From positions 62,001 through 126,000 of the IMG/VR virus record IMGVR_UViG_3300030503_000315: 64,000 nt of DNA; one strand, given 5' to 3'. The notes under the pieces are model-generated. The model ran no database searches. It saw only the letters and a list, made by a program, of their open reading frames with translations, and was not told the DNA's origin. Position numbers and translations under genes: made by a program. Of the stretch, positions 58,609-64,000 are shown one piece after another. Position 1 is the stretch's first letter, and each line of letters opens with the position of its first letter.

Positions 58609-59311
58609 GATGTTGCTCCGTTAGGTGTGATATGGTTAAATGATTCAATTCCGACTGCAAGATGAAAATTAGGGTTTGCGCGTGCTTCTCAGCATACGCA
58701 CGAATGACTTCAGCCGGTTTTCCTTGCTGATGCAGCATTGCGATCTGAAACGTTGGATCATTCCTCAGGCGCTGAAGCGAAACTTGCGGTCGCTGCAACT
58801 CTTGCTTCAAGTACTCGCGACCTTGGTGACATCGCCAAGCCCACTTGCCTGCACCTGTGTTTTTTACTAACATCAGATATGTTTCCTGAAGGAAAGTCAA
58901 ATCCCCCAGACGATACGCTGCTACGACCAACTGGAACAACTCTGAATCACCTCCACGATCCGGGTGAACGAGTGGGGCAACCATCCGATATGCATTTTTT
59001 ACTAGATGCGCCTGAGCATTGTACAGTTGCTCTGTTCCTGCAGTTATATAACCTGCGGAAGTGATCGCGTCCTGTGCAATCGTTGCAGGCGTACCCCGTG
59101 TAGCCAATCGGATTTCTCTACGCAACCGAATGATTGTTTTAGCCTCAGGCATCTCGTCCAGGTACGACGACACAAGCTTCATCGAAGAATTGTAGAGCTT
59201 GTAGTATTGCTGCCTTGCAGCATCGACCTTGCGCGCCAACAAATCGTACTCGTACAGGTGCGCGAGATTGACTGTCAAATTAATCGGTATAAGGTTAGGC
59301 ACTGTACACAC
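58427..59311 (-). CDS. J-domain (DnaJ-like) co-chaperone
   Basis: VKNAYRMVAPLVHPDRGGDSELFQLVVAAY contains the HPD motif. Confidence 0.78.
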   Translation of the reverse strand: MCTVPNLIPINLTVNLAHLYEYDLLARKVDAARQQYYKLYNSSMKLVSSYLDEMPEAKTIIRLRREIRLATRGTPATIAQDAITSAGYITAGTEQLYNAQAHLVKNAYRMVAPLVHPDRGGDSELFQLVVAAYRLGDLTFLQETYLMLVKNTGAGKWAWRCHQGREYLKQELQRPQVSLQRLRNDPTFQIAMLHQQGKPAEVIRAYAEKHAQTLIFILQSELNHLTISHLTEQHHGNSQESSNKENSGEENSQWEVGDFEQQEGRTERQSVDSAGESATGTCQGRSREEDESEG

Positions 59312-59335
59312 ACTCCAGTTCAGAAGATTTGATCT

Positions 59336-59650
59336 TCATGCAGCCTCCGAAGAAACAGGATCTCCCCAAACGGCACGACCCGTAGGCTTGACTGCGGAGA
59401 TGCGAACATAAACATCTTTCGGGTCAGGAGCATCATTGAGGAACACCATCAACCCGATTCGGCGGGTGTTGGTGATGGGCATCCATCGTCCTGTCTTGAC
59501 ATTCAGATGTGAAGCAATCACCCAACGCTCTTCCTGTTCGAGATACGTCACGCGGCACATGTAGGTACGCTCATCTGCAGACCTGGCAGCATCTGCTTGT
59601 ACAAATGGGATGAGCGTACCCACTGTTGGTAACAACAATGTATTTCCCAT
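59336..59650 (-). CDS. Hypothetical protein
   Basis: ORF with a GGAG SD. Confidence 0.6.
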   Translation of the reverse strand: MGNTLLLPTVGTLIPFVQADAARSADERTYMCRVTYLEQEERWVIASHLNVKTGRWMPITNTRRIGLMVFLNDAPDPKDVYVRISAVKPTGRAVWGDPVSSEAA

Positions 59651-59658
59651 AGTAGCTC

Positions 59659-60575
59659 CTAACGAGCTTTGTAATCTTTCGGATCAAACTCTAATCCGTG
59701 GTCCTCTGCCACAAAAGCGAACTCCTTCAGAAGAACTTGACGAACTTGCCGTTTGGTGGAGCCGATGTATTCGTAGTCGTATAGATCATCATGAACAGTT
59801 TGTAGCTCACACAATAAACTGATATGCTTCTCAAGCAATTTTTTGTACGATTTGTGTTTCGGAGCGGTGATGAATTTACCTAGCTCGTCAACTGCTTTAG
59901 CTTCCATAAGAGGAACATAAATCTCATCTGGAATAATACACCCAACGGCACACATGAGTCCTTTGGAACCCCTATAAGCACAGGTTTCAGTGCCATCTTC
60001 CGCCACTCCCATAGACGCCTTACCTTGCTTGTACAGGAAATGAGTGATGTAGTCGAATAGCTGCTGAGCAGTGATGCTCGGATCAATCATCTTCGGAAGA
60101 TCGCGTTTCATACTTGACCTCTCTTTACTGTATAGTCTTGCGAATCGAACTCCAGACCTTCCTGTGTGGCGAGAATCTGAAATCTCACCAACAATCCTCG
60201 ACGGACTTCATCCCTAGTCAGACTTTCATCGTCGAATGAATCATGGATGCCCTGCAATTCATTCAGAAGATACTCGTGTTCATCTACTAGACGCCAGTAT
60301 TTCTTTTCGCCTTTCCTATTGCGATACGTGCTGAGGATACCTTCCACGTCTCTGCCTTCCATATCCTTGCGATAGAAACGGTCGGGCAGGAAACATCCCA
60401 TGGCACACATTAGGCCACCATCACCTCGATACAGACAGGTCTTGTCGTCCTGATCATCTCCAGGCATAACTCCTATAGACGCCATACCTTGCTGGTACAG
60501 AAAGTGGGTGATGTAATCGAAAATTTGTTGGTCGGTCATTGATGCCGTAATCATTGTCGGCAATTCGCGTTTCAT
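59659..60575 (-). other. Tandem paralogous pair (59659..60111, 60108..60575)
   Basis: MKR(D/E)LP.MI..S.T.QQ.FDYITHFLY.QG...C.YRG..GLMCA.GC. Confidence 0.85.
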
Positions 60576-60594
60576 GTTCTTCTCCTGAACTTAA

Positions 60595-63500
60595 TTAAGC
60601 GTGGGCTTCAACCGAACCAACCGGATTCTTTGCCTTCATCAGAAACTTCTCGATCTCTGAATCCTTCCGCATGATGGGTGTGGCACCAAGATGTTCTGTA
60701 ACCCAGGCAAGAGCCTCGGCCTTCGAGACGAAGGGTTGAATCGCTGGTGTGGTTTTGATAACCTCGCCAAACTCGTTCTGAATGTTGATCTTACGCGTCG
60801 TGCTACGCAATGCATTCCAACCCTTTTGTCCGGGGTTGCGAATGAGCACGACCCAATGTGGTGCCACATACTCCACGCAGCATTGGATCTCAGCAGCTTT
60901 TTTATTCTTGAAATTAAACATGATTGTTATTTCCTTTTCGTTTGGAATGGTTGTTTAACGTGCGGATGAATTTGTTAGGCGTGGTCTTGGTACAAAACAG
61001 GGAACAAATGGTGAACGACGATTCGGGTAGGCCTTACGTAAGACCTCTTTGCGCTCACGAACTTGTGTTCGAATCTGCCAAGACTTGCGTCTAGCGATTA
61101 GGCTTCTTGGCCACATGTTACTTCACCTTTTCGTTCGGTAATTAGAAGAGATAGTTTGAAGACCAAATAGCAATGGTCAAACAAACGAAGGCTGCAACAC
61201 AAGCGGCATTGTATGCGTGACCTTTGAACTTCGGATTTCTCAACGCATCAAGCAGGCTGAAGAACATAAACATTGCTGCTACCTGGACTGTCATTACATA
61301 AATCCAAGGTACTTCTGTTGGACTATCCACTTCAACTCCGTTTCGTTAGGAATGTTCCTCAGCCATTTGCTTTCGTCTTCTTTGCCTTGACAATAACTTT
61401 GGACTTTGACGTCTTCACCTGAGGTAAGGAAAGTAGGCCACGCTCTTCAAGAACTTTTCGTTCAGCAGGGTTCAACTTTGCCAGAGCACCTTGAATCATG
61501 TTCTGAGCTTTATTCTCTGCCTCTACTTTCCGCCGTTGGGCTTCGTCATCCTTCTTGTGTTGATTCCACCAGGTTAAAAGTTCGGTGATATGTTTCTCTT
61601 CAACCTCCGCATCCTTGAGAGCGAGCTGAACACCAAGTTTCCCTGGCCTCGCGAACTCAAGCGCCGTCAGAGCGTTACACGCGATACGTGCAAGCTTGTC
61701 CCTTTGCTCCTTGTTCGCTTCCCAACCGCGCTCGTAGTTGTGGTCATCTTCGTAATCTCTGCACGGCATGATTCACTCCTTGAAGGTCATCTTGATATTA
61801 GGAACAGCAACAGAGCCTTGGTCGATGCTAAGGACCAGAGTGTCCCATGTTACATCGACCGAAAGTAACTTATCACACTTCTGTTGTGAAAGCGCATTAA
61901 GCGTGGTGGAAACAATTTCCTTTACTGCGAACAGCTTGTCTGTTGACTTGGATCCTGAATTCATACAACTCACCTCAGTATGCGCGACGTTGATATTTCT
62001 GAACCTGTTTATCGACCTGAACCATACGAATTTTGAATTCGTTATGGAGGGGGTAATGGATCGCCTGACGTTTCGTTTTCCGAACCGGGAAGTTACCGCC
62101 CCACTGAGCCTCACGTCGCAGCTGATACTTGCAAGCACAGTAGAACCCGATAGCCACCGATAGGAGGATCATCAGCGCGCAGATTACCAATGCAGCGATT
62201 TGCTGCTCGACTGAGTTCGCGGTGACGAACAGGTAGGACGGAAATGCAATCGCCAGGAGAAGACCCAAGCCGGTGATCTTGCACATAAGTTTGAACGGTG
62301 ACATCTTATTCTCCTTAATCGTCTTCGCCAGCATCATCACCTACTGTGTAGGTAACGACACCTTGTCGTTGCTTCATCTCAGCCAGCAGGATCTCCAGGC
62401 TGGAGATCATGACCGGGCGCTGTTCGTCGTGCGGTTTGGACTTTTCCAAATCCAGCAAACTTTGGATCCAACCCACCTGGGCTGTGGCTAAACCATTGCT
62501 GGAAGCACCCACAATGTCTTCCCATAACCCCTGAATCGTGCCACGACAATTGATTAAGGCAGAGAGCGCCCACAGTTCAATAGAACTGTCAGAGTTCGGC
62601 TGCGCATGCATATAGTGCTTCTCCAAAAACGCGCGGAGCTCCTTATAGTCTGAGACTTCGCGGGAGTTGCGATGCAGGATCATCGGGTTAACCTTCTTGT
62701 CTGCGTCTCTCATGATTTACTCCGTAACGTATTTGACTCTGACATTGGTCCACGCCGATTGCTTCATCGGTACCTTCTTGCCCATCTTTGCGTAGAAGCG
62801 CCGGACAGCCTCACCATTGATATCCATCCTGGAGCCCGGGACAAAGTCCAACTCCATGAGGAAATCATGCGGATCTGCAAACTGGAAATTCTCTCCAGCT
62901 ACTTTTGCTTCGAGGAATTCTTCGAGCGACTGCGCTTCGGTTTTGATTTCCCTCAGACGTGCGGTCAACTTCGCTTGTTCTTCCTGCAGCTTGTGCAGCT
63001 CAAACGCGTAGTCTGAAATCTTCTTGCTCGAGACAAACTTCATGATTCATCTCCCTCAAAATCAGTCCAGCCATCGTCTGTTTTCACATCTACGTGATCC
63101 AGCTTTTTCTTCCAAGCTTCGAACTCTTGCAGACGCTGGTCGTACACATTGCACGCAACCATAGCGGCCTTGTTGAGGCTCTCCATAACCTTCTTGAGAG
63201 AAATCGAACAACCACCAAGTAGCCGGTGGTAGTCTTTGACAGTCAAAGTCACACCGCTGTGCATCAATGCGGACTCATATCCACACAAACAGGATCCCGT
63301 GTCAAACGTCATAGCCACTCCATCCGCATCGACCTGAAGAAGTTCAAAGTCGTAGAAGCAGTCGCCTGTGTGTTCGGTCTTGACCAGGAACTCGCCAACA
63401 TGTTTTCTATCCCGACCTTCAGATTGACTGGTGCGGGACATCCCCGAAGGGTTCGCGATAACCCAAACTACATGATCGATTTTACCACGAATCATTTTAT

Positions 63501-63930
63501 TCTCCGTTTCGTTAGGAGGTTGTGATTACTTACTCAGGCAGATAGCCTTGGCACGACTTACCAATGTTTCTTCGCTGAGCTCAGGATGAGCATACGCGTA
63601 CGTGATTACGCGCATCGTTGCTGCCTTCCCTGCTGCATCTCCCGGTGCCTCGTCCATCTTCTGCTGCACCTGTGCAAGTGTAGGTGCAAGAGGAGGTCCC
63701 GTGCTAACCATTGCATACGCAGCATGCGCCGTGTCGTCCGCATGCTCGTTGCAGAACGAGGGGTCGAGACCACTAGGTGTCGTCCCGATTAAGTAGACAA
63801 TCCACAAAATTGTGGCGACTGTCCCGGCGCAGGCTAGACCCATGAGGGTGTATCCGAGACCCCGACCGAAGGATCTAATGTTCATCCTGAACTCCTGTGG
63901 TAACAGGTCGAGCGTAGGTGAGTGTGACAT
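60595..63930 (-). other. Run of small hypothetical CDS (60595..60921, ~60957..61117, 61142..61330, 61359..61769, 61773..62138, ~62091..62307, 62315..62713, 62717..63043, 63040..63495, 63526..~63880)
   Basis: Tiled ORFs; several preceded by the AACGAAACGGAG leader or variants. Confidence 0.6.
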
Positions 63931-64000
63931 CCCTGTGGTGAGATGTAGCGAGAAACAATTCTACCACAGCTCGCAGGAAAGATTTCCCTTCCCACCAGAT

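Noticed and set aside
58849-58873. Sixth copy of the TGTTG-N8-CAACA palindrome
   Set aside because: It is degenerate (TGTTA/CACA) and lies inside the J-domain coding sequence with no nearby -10.
212-63796. All plus-strand ORFs in the track
   Set aside because: They are antisense shadows of tiled minus-strand genes, lack SD sequences and recognisable motifs, and every identified promoter, RBS and terminator is on the minus strand.
1-64000. Alternative genetic code, DGR/retron, integrase or structural module
   Set aside because: Genes tile densely with TAA, TAG and TGA all used as stops; no reverse transcriptase, recombinase, capsid, portal or tail motifs were recognised.

Overview
A 64-kb segment of a large, probably jumbo, tailed-phage genome. 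Almost all credible genes are on the minus strand, tightly tiled, and read in the standard code. I found no tRNA, rRNA, CRISPR array, integrase or recognisable capsid/tail gene. Recognisable content: three tandem ADP-ribosyltransferases (one fused to a Nudix domain) sharing an N-terminal leader motif, followed by a type IB topoisomerase; a MazG-like NTP pyrophosphatase; many small accessory ORFs (Lar-like, Rmf-like x3, PC4-like, RHH, RelB-like antitoxin, acyl carrier protein, Imm, DenV-like glycosylase, S4-like, bL12-like); an exported G/S/T/N-rich repeat protein next to an L,D-transpeptidase and a GNAT; an NAD-dependent DNA ligase; an envelope operon (coiled-coil proteins, TAXI and SBP-LysM solute-binding proteins, a tiny lipoprotein); a gp57B/Acb1-like protein that appears to lack its catalytic His residues; an HNH gene behind a structured non-coding stretch; a two-subunit type IIA topoisomerase whose B subunit carries a Pro1/Cys-F4 (class-3-like) mini-intein; several histone-H1-like proteins, one with 73 consecutive Glu; and a J-domain protein. 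Three recurring cis-elements were found by eye: an extended -10 with an upstream TGTTG-N8-CAACA palindrome, a TAGTAAATA motif, and an SD-sequestering leader ending AACGAAACGGAG. All family assignments come from motif recognition without database searches.
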